From an uncultured delta proteobacterium (GTDB lineage: Bacteria; Desulfobacterota; Binatia; UBA9968): a stretch of DNA of 64,000 bases. The notes under the pieces are model-generated. The model did not search any database and had not been told where the DNA came from. It saw only the letters and a program-made list of their open reading frames with translations. Below, piece by piece: positions 1-10,090 of the stretch; within the stretch, counting starts at the first letter, position 1, and every line of letters starts with the position of its first letter. The position numbers and the translations under genes were made by a program. Where the stretch lies: NCBI GenBank assembly GCA_963804165.1, contig CAWDPO010000038.1, positions 22,079 to 86,078 of the forward strand, read 5' to 3'.

Positions 1-865
1 GTGCCTTTGAGAATCTTGTCGACGTAATAGGCGACACGCCGGTAGCATCTGCGCAAGGTCCGCTCCGTAGGACATCAGCCCACCGGCCTCTAGAGCTGTT
101 GTTTCGTCGTACAACGAGGCAACCGGCTCTTTAATGCAAAGGTCGTAATCCGTTTTCTGTTAGCACGAAGCACGCTTCCCGCGAGGGGCACGTAGAGCCC
201 ATCCGGGTGATCCTTGTTTATGGCAGCGAATACCCTGTCAAAATCCTCCACAGCGCGTACCTCCCAATTCCGAAGAGTCAGCCCCAGCGCACGCGCTGCG
301 GGAGGGAGATCCTCTTTGACTTCGCGCGAAGCGCTCGGATTGGCCGGATTATGCAGAATCGCGACGCGGGCAAGTTTGGGAATGGCCTCTTTGAGTATCT
401 CCAGTCGCTTCCCGCCCAACTCACTGTTAAGAGTTGTAAGGCCGGTAACGTTGCCTCCCGGACGGGCAAGGCTCACAACGAATCCTGCCTTGACCGGGTC
501 GAGCCCAGTGCCGGTCATAACGATGGGAATCGTCTTGGTCGCATTCTTTGCCGCACGGATCGGTGTGGTTCCGCCTGCTACCAGGATGAGTTCCACCTTG
601 AGACCCACCAACTCGGCCGCAAGCGCGGGGTAACGATCCGACTTCCCCTCCGTATGTCGGTACTCAATGATGACGTTCTGTCCTTCTATGTAACCAAGCT
701 CGCGCAGCGCCTTTCGAATTCCTTCCGCGCGCGGCGAGTCAGTAGCCGTGTCGGTCCCGATAGATACCCAATTCGCGGCACTTTCCCCGATTGCTGCGCT
801 TCGGCGGAAACCCAGAGCGCAGAGAGCGCGGCGCAAAGAGTAAGGACCGTGTTTTTTTTCTTCAT
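1..865 (-). CDS. ABC transporter substrate-binding protein (ABC_sub_bind/COG2984-like), array copy 1; runs off window edge, frameshifted
   Basis: ATG at 865 (MKKKNTVLTLCAAL signal peptide); family motifs [38 protein letters not shown]; frame changes near 760 and 110. Confidence 0.85.
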
Positions 866-905
866 CTCTGTTCTCTATCTCGATTCACTTGATGCTCGCA
901 CCTTC

Positions 906-1881
906 TCACTTGATCACCTTCTGCGCGCGGGCGAGAATTTGTGGCGAAATCGTGACGCCGATTTGTTTTGGCGGTCTTGAGATTGATAACGAGTTCGAAC
1001 TTCATCGCTTGCTCTACGGGAAGCTCAGCCGGTTTGGCGCCTTTGAGAATCTTATCGACGTAAAGCGCGGCGCGGTGAAATCTGTCGGCGTCGTTGGCCG
1101 CGTACGAGATCAGTCCCCCTTCCTCAACGAAGTTGCCCTGTTCAACCATCAATGGCACCCGTTTCTGAATCGCAAAATCAGCGATCCTTTTTATATGCTG
1201 ATTGAGCACGACGTTGGTCACCGAGATGAGCGCATTCATCCGTTCCTTGTCGGCGGCGTGGAGCAATCCCTCGATATCAGGCTTCGGACGGTGCGCTTGG
1301 AGCGAGGTAAGCTTTAATTTAAACGCGCCGGCGGCAGCTTCATAATTCTGAAAAGCGTTTCCTGCGCCGAGAGAGGTGGGACTCGCCCATATCACTCCCA
1401 CGCGCGATATCTTCGGTACAGCTTCCTTTAGAAGTTCGAGCCGCTTTCCGCTGAGATCTCGGGTGAGACTAACAACTCCGGTTAGATTTCCGCCTGGACG
1501 CGCCAGGCTTTCGACGAGTCCGATGGCAACCGGATCCTGATTGGTCATCATGACGATAGGAATTGTTTTGGTGGCGTGCTGAGCGGCCCGAATGGCCGTC
1601 GTACTTGAAACGATTAGAACATCGACTTTGCTCTCTAAAAGCTCGGCGACCAAGCTAGGCATTCGGTCCGTGTTCCCCTGAGCGTAACGGTGGACTAATT
1701 CGATATTTTTACCTTCGACATAACCGCGCTCGCGCAAGCCTTCTCGGAGTAACTCCAAGCCACGTTCAGCCGTGACCATGAAGCCTATCCGCGGGATCTT
1801 CGCTGGTTGCTGTGCGTCGGCGTGTGAGCAAAGTGCAATGAGCAGAACGCCAAGCGCAAGAGCAAAATTCTTTTGGATCAT
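906..1881 (-). CDS. ABC substrate-binding protein, array copy 2 (frameshift near C-terminus)
   Basis: Signal peptide ending ADA-QQP; [11 protein letters not shown]; KILKGAKPAELPVEQ; family C-terminus AQKVIK* in a shifted frame, stop at 906-908. Confidence 0.88.
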
Positions 1882-1928
1882 CGTTCTCTCCTCAACGCCT
1901 TACACCCCTAACCATTCGCGTCTCACGC

Positions 1929-2919
1929 CTATCGAATGACTTTGTCTGCTCTCGCCAGCACATTCGAGCGAAATCATGAGACCTGATCCGCTTTGCGGTT
2001 TTCAGATTGATGATCAGCTCGAACTTTGTTGGTTGCTCCACTGGTAGATCAGCAGGCTTCGCACCCTTTAGAATCTTGTCCACATACACGACCGCGCGTC
2101 GGTATTGATCAGCATCATTCGCTCCATAAAACATGAGACAACCCGTCTCTACATACACACTTCCCTCGCACATTGAGGGCAGTCTGTTCTGTATGGCAAG
2201 ATCGCCGATGCGCTTTGAGTGACGATTGAGCGCACCAGCGCTAACTGTAATGAGCGCGCTCACGCCCCCCTTAGTCGCAGCTTGGACTGCTCCCTCGAAA
2301 TCAAGGCTCGGGCTGCGCACCTCTAGGGATTGAAGCGGTATCTTCAGTGTACGCGCCGCAGCCTCGTATTCTTTAAAAGAAATGGCCGCCGCTGGTGCGT
2401 CCGCAACCCAAAGGACTCCAACGCGTGATAGCCGCGGAACCGCCTCCTTGAATAATTCCAAACGTTTCCCGCTTAGGTCTCGGCCAAGTGTGGTGAGCCC
2501 GGTGATATTTCCGCCCGGGCGCGCCAAACTATCGACGATCCCAGTCGCGACTGGATCCACACTTGCCACCATGACAATGGGAATCGTCTTGGTCGCCTGC
2601 TTGGCTGCGCGAATCCCCGGTAAGACTTGAACGACAAGCACATCGACGTTTAATTGCACGAGTTCGGCCACCAGACTTGGCGCTTGGTCCAGTTTTCCCT
2701 CAAGATACCGGTACTCAATGACGAAGTTCTTTCCCTCAACATAACCCAGATCTCGCAGTCCTTGCCGGAATGCCTCCGGAACGGATGGAATCAGTAGCTC
2801 GGTCGGTCGGCGATATATACCCGATCCGAGAGACTTTCTTCGACTGCTGGGTCGCCACGGAGGGAGAAGGCGCAAAGAGCATGGCCAAAAGTACGAAACA
2901 AAAGATTTCTCTCACGCAT
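1929..2919 (-). CDS. ABC substrate-binding protein, array copy 3 (frameshifted at both ends)
   Basis: GAGGAGG RBS before ATG 2919; core ORF 1892..2875 carries family motifs; ADKVIR* ends at 1929. Confidence 0.85.
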
Positions 2920-2940
2920 TAGAGTTCCTCCTCGTTATCG

Positions 2941-2969
2941 CTGACGACTGATAACTGACACTGAATCTG
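2941..2969. repeat. Short tandem repeat, CTGACNA/CTGATAA family
   Basis: CTGACGA CTGATAA CTGACA CTGAAT CTG between SBP copies 4 and 3. Confidence 0.75.
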
Positions 2970-4028
2970 TCATCTGATAACTTTATCCGCTCGCGCCAGC
3001 ACATTCGGTGGAATCGTCAGGCCGATCTGTTTGGCGGTTATGAGGTTGATGACAAATTCAAACTTCGTCGGCTGTTCTACGGGAAGGTCCGCGGGCTTAG
3101 TGCCTTTGAGAATCTTATCGACGTAGTAAGCGGACCGGCGATGCATATCGGGAAGGCTCGGAGCATAAACCATGAGGCCACCTTCCTCGACGTAAAACCT
3201 CCAAGGATATATGGCTGGCAGCCGGTACTTGTGTGCCAGGGCGATGATCCTTTGCCGGGATCTCTCAAGCACAGATGGATCCGAGAAGACGAGAAGGGCC
3301 TTAGGACGGGCCTTGCCCATGGCTGAGAATGCGGTCTCAATTTCCTGTGGACTTCGTACCTTCCAGGCTTGCAGTTGAACTCCTAGCGATTTGCCTGCCG
3401 CTTGTGCGTCTCTCCACCGATTTGTTGCTTCTGGAAAGTCTGGATTCTGGAGGACAGCTACCTGCCCGAGTCCGGGAACAACTTCTTTGAGTAACTCAAG
3501 TCTCTTTCCATCGAGCGCCGCGGAAAGAAGGCTCAGTCCAGTAATGTTCGCGCCAGGCTGGGCGAGACTAGCGACGAAGCCCGCCGTCACTGGATCAGCT
3601 CCAGTCGCCGCCATGACGATCGGGATAGTGGTCGTTGCCTCTTTCGCTGCCTGGACCATCGGACCGCCGTTGGCAACGATCACGTCGACCCGCAGCCAAA
3701 CGAGATCCGCCGCCAGTTCGCGCAAGCTCTGCGGTTTCTCTCCGGTCCAGCGACGCTCGAAGACGACGTTTTGGCCTTCTATCCATCCCAGGTCGTGCAA
3801 GCCTTGCCGGAAAGCCTCGAAGTTTTCCTTGCTGAGCGGATCAGTCGGAGATCCTCCAGTTAATCGCCCAACTCTGTAGACTCTTGCTGCCTTCTGTGCC
3901 AGAGCAGAACTGCAAAGCGCAAGGAGCGCGGCGCAAACCGTAAAAGCAAACACAATTTTCCTCACGAGTTTTCTCTGTTTCTTTTTCTGCCCACTGCTCT
4001 TTGCCCGCTGTTCTTTGCTGACGTTCAT
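2970..4028 (-). CDS. ABC substrate-binding protein, array copy 4 (intact)
   Basis: 352-aa ORF with signal peptide and conserved C-terminus [35 protein letters not shown]; alternative GTG start at 3965. Confidence 0.92.
   Translation of the reverse strand: MNVSKEQRAKSSGQKKKQRKLVRKIVFAFTVCAALLALCSSALAQKAARVYRVGRLTGGSPTDPLSKENFEAFRQGLHDLGWIEGQNVVFERRWTGEKPQSLRELAADLVWLRVDVIVANGGPMVQAAKEATTTIPIVMAATGADPVTAGFVASLAQPGANITGLSLLSAALDGKRLELLKEVVPGLGQVAVLQNPDFPEATNRWRDAQAAGKSLGVQLQAWKVRSPQEIETAFSAMGKARPKALLVFSDPSVLERSRQRIIALAHKYRLPAIYPWRFYVEEGGLMVYAPSLPDMHRRSAYYVDKILKGTKPADLPVEQPTKFEFVINLITAKQIGLTIPPNVLARADKVIR
3988..4020. repeat. Heptamer tandem repeat, TGCYCNN family
   Basis: TGCCCAC TGCTCTT TGCCCGC TGTTCTT TGCTG at the copy 5/4 junction. 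Confidence 0.75.
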
Positions 4029-5058
4029 CTGATTATCCGATCCGCTCTCGCCAACACATTCGGTGGTATCGTCAGCCCGATCTGCTTCGCGGCTTTTAGG
4101 TTGACGATGAATTCAAATTTCGTCGGTTGCTCGGCGGGAATGTCGCCGGGCTTGGTGCCTTTGAGGATTTTATCGACATACGTGGCGGCGCGGCGGTCCA
4201 AGTCGGTCAGGTTGACGCCATAGGATATAAGCCCACCAGCTTCCACGTCGAGTCGATTGCGGTAAATGACAGGCAGCCGGTTCTTTAGCCGCGAGTTCCA
4301 ATAGCTGTGTTCGATTAGGATTTAGAATGATTCCCGGAGCGGCATAGACGGGCGCGTCAGCGCGCTCTTTGGTAGCGGCTCGGAATGCACGCTCAATGTC
4401 CTTGGGTCCGTAGGGCATCCAGCACTTGAAGCTTTACCCCTAGCGCTCGTCGCGCGTTCGATCTCTTTTAACGCTTGGTGTTGCCAGGCGTGGTTGATCC
4501 CCCGAACACGGCCAGGCGAAAGAACTTCGGAACGATTTCTTTGAGCAGCTCCAGTTGTTTTCCGCTTAGCTCCGGCGCAACGCGGGAAAGTCCCGTGATA
4601 TTCCCGCCTGGGCGCGCCAGGCTGGCGACGAAACCGTTTCAACGGGATCGGAATCCTGCGTCATAACGACTGGAATCGTATTGAAGCTTGCTTCGCTTGG
4701 CGGAACGCGTCGCGCCTGCGCCCGCCGTGACGATGACATCAACCTTCAGACGCACCAGATTCGCAGCAGCGGCGCGATCTTGTTTTCCTTCGTAACGAAA
4801 CTCGATGACAATGTTTTTCCCGTCCATCATAGCCGAGCTCTCGCAGACCCTGCCGGAATGCCTCGGCGCGGAGCTTTGCAGGGTGACTAGAGAGCTATCG
4901 TTCAAGTATCCTATTCGCGGGACTTTCCTTGGCTGCTGCGCCCCAACGGGAAAGCAAAGCGTAAAGAGCACGGTGCTAAGCGCAAGACCAAAGAATTGTC
5001 TTCTCATGAATCTACTTCTGTGTTCTTGCAACTCCCTGCTCCTTGCCCTTTGCTCCAT
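4025..5058 (-). CDS. ABC substrate-binding protein, array copy 5 (several frameshifts; error or pseudogene)
   Basis: Fragments 4639..5058 (signal peptide, QQPRKVPRIG), 4170..4418 and 4025..4246 (family C-terminus). Confidence 0.8.
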
Positions 5059-5064
5059 GCTATT
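5037..5064. repeat. Heptamer tandem repeat, TGCYCNN family
   Basis: TGCTCCT TGCCCTT TGCTCCA TGCTATT at the copy 6/5 junction. Confidence 0.75.
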
Positions 5065-6101
5065 TGATCACCTTATCCGCCCGCGCCAGCACATTCGGTG
5101 GTATCGTGAGACCGATTTGTTTCGCGGTTTTCAGGTTGATCACGAGTTCGAACTTGGCCGATTGCTCGACTGGAATCTCGGCCGGCTTCGTGCCCTTAAG
5201 AATCTTGTCGACATCCACGCAGCGCGCCTGTAACTCTCAGCATCGTTGGACGAGTAAGAAATGAGCCCGCCAGGTTCTATCCAAAAACTCGACTCATACA
5301 TTGAAGGCAGGCGGTGCTTTATGGAAAGCTGAGCAATTTCCTTTCGGTGGCGATCTAACATGTTATTGCCAACCGTAATCAGAGCGCGCACGCGGCCTTT
5401 GACAGCGGATTGAAATGCACCGTGCAGATCGGGGCTTGGCCCTCGCACTTCTAAGGATTGCAGTTGAAGCTTTAATGCGATCGGCCGCAGCCTGGTACTC
5501 TTTAAAACTAAGCTTGGGTCCTTCTGCACCTGCATCCCACAGGACACCAACGCGAGAAATTCCTGGAATGATCTCTGTAACCAATTCTAACCGCTTACCG
5601 CTTAGTTCTCGGTTGAGCCTGCTAATCCCTGGTAAGGTTTCCACCTGGGCGGGCCAAGCTATCGACAAGGCCAGTCGCAACCGGATCCTGGTTGGTAACC
5701 ATAACAATGGGAATCGTCTTGGTAGCCTGCTTCGCTGCGCGGATTGCCTGCGGATCTGGAGATACAAGGAGATCGACCCTGAGTTGTATAAGATCGGCTA
5801 CAAGGCTTGGGATACGGTCGCGCTTTCCTTCAGCGTAGCGAAACTCAATCAGGATGGTTTTTCCGTCGACATAGCCGAGATCTTTCAGCCCTTGAAGAAA
5901 CGCCTCAACGTTACGCCCTGGAATAGAGGGCTCGCCAACCACCCTCACGTATCCTATCCGCGGGATTTTCCCCGGCTGTTGCGCCTGGGCGAACGAACCA
6001 GTTGTCAGGAGAACCGTTGCCAGTATCCACAAGAGAATTCGCCATGGGTTTTCTCCGATGTCTTTGCTGACAACTGACCACGGTCGACTGACAACTGTCA
6101 T
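5060..6101 (-). CDS. ABC substrate-binding protein, array copy 6 (frameshifted)
   Basis: Fragments 5622..6101, 5363..5767, 5140..5550 join into one family member; ADKVIK* ends at 5060. Confidence 0.82.
6067..6100. repeat. Heptamer tandem repeat, CTGACNA family
   Basis: CTGACAA CTGACCA CGGTCGA CTGACAA CTGTCA at the copy 7/6 junction. Confidence 0.78.
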
Positions 6102-7096
6102 CGAATCACCTTATCTGCCCGCACCAGCACATTCGGCGGAATCGTCAGGCCGATCTGTTTCGCCGTCTTGAGGTTAATCACTAACTCGAACTTCGTCGGC
6201 TGCTCGACGGGTATGTCAGCGGGTTTTGTGCCTTTGAGAATCTTATCCATGAGAGTGGCAGCGCGCCGGAACATATCGGTATAGTTCGGCCCGTACGATA
6301 TAAGACCGCCAGCTTCTACAAAAGCGCGATTTTCGAATATCGCCGGCAACCGATTTTTCGCTACAAAATCTAGAATCTGCTTCTGATAAGAATTGAGGAC
6401 TGGATCCATTAACGCGAGAAAACCATCAGGTCGATCTTTAGACACCACGCCAAAAATCACTTCGAGCTCATTAGGGTCTTTCACCCCTCGATCTTGCAAC
6501 GTTATGCCCAACGGTCCTGCGACGTCTTGGGTTGCTTTCGCTTCGAGCGCCATGCCGGCATTGCCCTTATTCCAAACCATGGCCACCCTCGAGAGCTTGG
6601 GAAAGATTTCTTTTAGCAGCTCTAGCCGCTTGGGCCATAGGTCCGAAGCGAGGACGGAGATGCCCGTGATATTACCGCCCGGGTGCGCGAGACTAGCGAC
6701 AACGCCCATTCCAATCGGATCGCTAGTGCTGAAGAAAACGATAGGAATCGTTTTAGTCACTTCTCTAAGAGCGAAGATAGCGGGCGTACCCGCTGTGAAA
6801 ATCGCGTCCACCTTTAGCAGGACCAGTTCCCTTGCGAGTTCAGGAAGGCGCTCTGCCTTTCCCTCTGCAAAACGATACTCAATAAGAATATTTTTCCCCT
6901 CGACGTAGCGGAGTTCGCGAAGCCCCTGAATGAATGCATCGACGTTGGCGTTGGGAGCCGCACCGAGGTATAAAACACCAATCCGTGGCGTCGTCGCTTG
7001 TTTCTGCGCGTGGGCCGGATATACCGAAGCCAGAATAAGTGTGGCCAAGATGAATAGTGTGGAAGTGGTTTTTTTCATGGATTTTTCTCCTTCCAT
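6098..7096 (-). CDS. ABC substrate-binding protein, array copy 7 (intact)
   Basis: 332-aa ORF; likely start ATG 7078 after GAAGGAG; all family motifs present. Confidence 0.92.
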   Translation of the reverse strand: MEGEKSMKKTTSTLFILATLILASVYPAHAQKQATTPRIGVLYLGAAPNANVDAFIQGLRELRYVEGKNILIEYRFAEGKAERLPELARELVLLKVDAIFTAGTPAIFALREVTKTIPIVFFSTSDPIGMGVVASLAHPGGNITGISVLASDLWPKRLELLKEIFPKLSRVAMVWNKGNAGMALEAKATQDVAGPLGITLQDRGVKDPNELEVIFGVVSKDRPDGFLALMDPVLNSYQKQILDFVAKNRLPAIFENRAFVEAGGLISYGPNYTDMFRRAATLMDKILKGTKPADIPVEQPTKFELVINLKTAKQIGLTIPPNVLVRADKVIR

Positions 7097-7126
7097 TACA
7101 TGACGCCTCGTACGCCGTGCAGGGTT

Positions 7127-8101
7127 TTACTTGATTACCTTCTGCGCCCGCGCCAGAACTTGCGGCGGGATAGTCACGCCGAGTTGCTTCGCGGTTTGTA
7201 AATTGATCGCCAGCTCAACGCTGTCGACGGTTTCGATCTTTAACTCCTTCGGCGGCGTGCCGCTTAGCACTCGCTGCACGTACTTGGCGGAAATCCGACC
7301 GATCTCAAAATAATTCTGACCGTAGCTCGCCAGTCCGCCTTTGGCGACCAGGCTTTGATCCTGCAACATGGTCGGCAACTTTTTCGCCTTGGCGGTGTCG
7401 ATGATCAGCTGTGCCTGGCTGACAACCGTGGCATCCGCGAGATAAAAGAACGCGTCGGCCTCCTTGCTTTTGATTTCCTGCAGCGCTTTGCGCAGCTCGT
7501 CGACCGAGTTCACATGACGCTCGATGAGCTTGAGCCCCAGCCGTTTCGCTTCTTGCCGCGCCAATGCGGCGCCGTCCGCGGCGACTTGATTTTTCGGATC
7601 GTAAATGGTCAGTACTCGACCGACTTTTGGCAATATCTCTTTGAGAATCTCCAAACGCTTGGCCGTGAGGTCCTTCACCGGATAATGAACCCCCGTCAGC
7701 CTGCCGCCGGGCGTCGCGAAGTCGTTCACCAATCCGAAGGTCACTGGATTGCTGCCAATGCAGAATACAATCGGCGTATGCACCGTCGCTGCCTTCGCCG
7801 CGGCGATTACGGTGCTCGTCATTACGTAGAGCAGGTTGACTTTTTCCCGCTCGAAGTCTCGCGCCGCTTCTTCAGCTATTTTCAGATCGCCCTTAGTGTC
7901 GCGAATGGCAAGCGAGATTTGCTTTCCTTCTTGCAGGCCGAGTTCCTTCAGGCCGTGACGCAGCCCCTCAACGATATCGTATAAGGGCCCTCCAGGGAGG
8001 ATGACGCCGATACGTGGCGGCTTTGGCTGTTGTGCCTGTGCGGGTGCGGCGAGCGCAACGAGCAACGTGCTCAGCGCAAGGCAAAAAAAGTTTTTAAACA
8101 T
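7127..8101 (-). CDS. ABC substrate-binding protein, array copy 8 (intact, most divergent)
   Basis: 324-aa ORF, signal peptide AQA-QQP, PGGRLTG, INLQTAKQLGVTIPPQVLARAQKVIK. Confidence 0.9.
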   Translation of the reverse strand: MFKNFFCLALSTLLVALAAPAQAQQPKPPRIGVILPGGPLYDIVEGLRHGLKELGLQEGKQISLAIRDTKGDLKIAEEAARDFEREKVNLLYVMTSTVIAAAKAATVHTPIVFCIGSNPVTFGLVNDFATPGGRLTGVHYPVKDLTAKRLEILKEILPKVGRVLTIYDPKNQVAADGAALARQEAKRLGLKLIERHVNSVDELRKALQEIKSKEADAFFYLADATVVSQAQLIIDTAKAKKLPTMLQDQSLVAKGGLASYGQNYFEIGRISAKYVQRVLSGTPPKELKIETVDSVELAINLQTAKQLGVTIPPQVLARAQKVIK

Positions 8102-8286
8102 GGTTCCCCCGATCCAGCATCAATCCGTGCTGGTTATTTATGGCCATCTGACTGGAATCTCGCACCCGGCGCGTTGCTTGCGCAAGGGTTATACCAGATT
8201 TGAACGACGTCGTGGGGACGAACTAAGTTAGCGAAAGTGCGGAGAACTATAATGCGAGGAATGATCGGCGGCGGCGTGCCGGCGGG

Positions 8287-8323
8287 AGCAGGAGTATCAA
8301 GCTTGATACAGCAGGAGTATCAA
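8287..8323. promoter_or_regulatory. Candidate operator: perfect 16-bp palindrome overlapping a 14-bp direct repeat
   Basis: GTATCAAGCTTGATAC (8294-8309); AGCAGGAGTATCAA at 8287 and 8310; lies between divergent genes. Confidence 0.45.
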
Positions 8324-8420
8324 ATTTGCGGCACCACAGAGAGCGCGCGAGTTTTCAGCGAATCCTTGCAGGGGCACTACCTTCTACGTAGAGTTGGGCC
8401 TTTGACAGGGAGGCAAGACA

Positions 8421-9482
8421 GTGAATCGAAACTGGCTCGTGACGGGGTTTTTCTTCGCACTGCTGCTGCTCATTCTATACGGCGCCTTTTTGGTCCTCAC
8501 TCCGTTTCTCAGGGCGATCACCTGGGCGCTGATTCTCGCCATTCTCTTTTATCCGTTGTACGCGTGGCTGCTGCGATTGTTACGCGGGCGCGCGACGCTG
8601 GCTGCGCTTTTGGTCATTGTGATCATCACGACTTTAGTCATCGTGCCCGGCATTCAGCTCGCGTGGTTTCTGTCCGACGAGACGGTGTCGCTGGTCCAAA
8701 CGGTTCGCGCGCTCCTGGATGAGGAAGGCAAGCAACAATGGCTGGCGCAGCCGTGGGTCCAGCACGTGCTGAGCTGGTGGAACATGGTGACGTTCCGATT
8801 GGTGGACTTTAAGATCAACTGGAAAGATCTACTGATTCAAGGGGCACAGTCATCATCGACGGTGATCGTCGCGCAAGTCAAAGGGATCGCCCAGAACGTG
8901 CTACTTTTCGCGGTCAACTTTTTCCTCGCCCTTTTCACGCTGTTTTTCTTTTTGCGCGATGGCGCGGCTTTCGTCGGCTGGGCGCAACGGCTGCTGCCGA
9001 TGGACCGTGAAGATCAAGCGCGGCTGTTTAGAAACATCGAGGACGCGGTCACCGCGGTGGTGCACGGAGCGTTGGTCGTGGCGATGATCCAGGGCTTGCT
9101 CGCGGGATTGGGCTACTGGGTTTTGGGCGTGCCTTTTTCGGTCCTGTGGGGCGTGATCACGGCCTTTGCCGCGCTGGTGCCGTTCGGCGGTACGACGCTG
9201 GTCACGATTCCCGTGTCGCTTTATCTATTTTTCCAAGGGGAGAACGCCAGAGGGATTTTCATGCTCATCTGGGGCCTTGGGGTGGTCGTGACCATCGATA
9301 ACGTTTTGAAGCCGTTGTTCATCGGTACTCGAATCAAACTTCCCATGTTGGTACTCTTCTTTGGCATTCTCGGCGGTCTGAGTGTATTTGGTGCGCTAGG
9401 CCTGATCCTTGGACCGGTGCTGTTCGCGCTGCTTGCCGTATTACTCGATCTCTACGCGGAAGAGTACGGCGCCAACGAGTAG
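8421..9482 (+). CDS. AI-2E family (PerM/UPF0118) transporter
   Basis: 353-aa polytopic membrane protein; FFFLRDG, IDNVLKP, GGLSVFGALGLILGP motifs; GGGAGG RBS. Confidence 0.9.
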   Translation: MNRNWLVTGFFFALLLLILYGAFLVLTPFLRAITWALILAILFYPLYAWLLRLLRGRATLAALLVIVIITTLVIVPGIQLAWFLSDETVSLVQTVRALLDEEGKQQWLAQPWVQHVLSWWNMVTFRLVDFKINWKDLLIQGAQSSSTVIVAQVKGIAQNVLLFAVNFFLALFTLFFFLRDGAAFVGWAQRLLPMDREDQARLFRNIEDAVTAVVHGALVVAMIQGLLAGLGYWVLGVPFSVLWGVITAFAALVPFGGTTLVTIPVSLYLFFQGENARGIFMLIWGLGVVVTIDNVLKPLFIGTRIKLPMLVLFFGILGGLSVFGALGLILGPVLFALLAVLLDLYAEEYGANE

Positions 9483-9556
9483 GACGAGCCAACGGTGATT
9501 GCGTATAAATCCAGTCTCGGTTATGAAACCGTTAGAAGACGTTTTCGGGAGGGATC

Positions 9557-10054
9557 ATGGCTGACGATCTGCAAATCAAACGCGAAATTGTCCTTGAAGC
9601 GGACGCTGAGACCTTGGAGCGCATGCGCAAGGAAGGGCACGCCCGCGGCTTCACGGTTTTTTGCGATGAAGGAGAGCGCATCGGCGGTGATAACACCGCG
9701 CCGCCGCCATTGGCGTATTTTGGTTTGTCGGTGGGGTTTTGACTGCTGACGCAAATTTCCCGGTACGGGGAAATGCTCAAGACTCATATCGATAAAGCCA
9801 AGGTCTACGTCACGGCGCGTTTCAAGAACGAGGGCTCAGTGTTACGTGAAACCGTGCAGGCAGAAGGTCTGGGAGTCGAAACGCGCTGTGAAATCACATC
9901 CAGCGAGTCGCCGGAAAAAGTCGCCAAGGTTGTACGAAACGCCGAGGCGGGTTGCTATGTGATCCAGACGATCCGCAAGCCGACAGAAGTGAAGAGCGAA
10001 TATTCACTGAACGGCGCGGCGTTCGATCCGGCCGCTTTTGCAAAGAAAACATAG
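9557..10054 (+). CDS. OsmC/Ohr-family protein, probable selenoprotein (UGA at 9740-9742 = Sec62), 165 aa
   Basis: ORFs 9557..9742 and 9773..10054 share one frame separated only by TGA plus LLTQISRYGE; DEG..GG.NTAPPP motif; UGA sits at the expected first OsmC Cys position; second Cys in AEAGCYV; hairpin just downstream. Confidence 0.85.
9751..9776 (+). promoter_or_regulatory. Bacterial SECIS-like hairpin
   Basis: ATTTCCC-GGTACG-GGGAAAT 7-bp stem with a G-initiated loop starting 19 nt after the UGA, plus closing GC pairs. Confidence 0.7.
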
Positions 10055-10090
10055 GCGGGTGCGATCGACTTTTAGGAAGGAGATACGGTA

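Noticed and set aside
207-7984. Recurrent plus-strand ORFs over the SBP array (e.g. [10 protein letters not shown]...)
   Set aside because: Antisense shadows of the conserved SBP coding sequence; similarity between them follows from the real genes.
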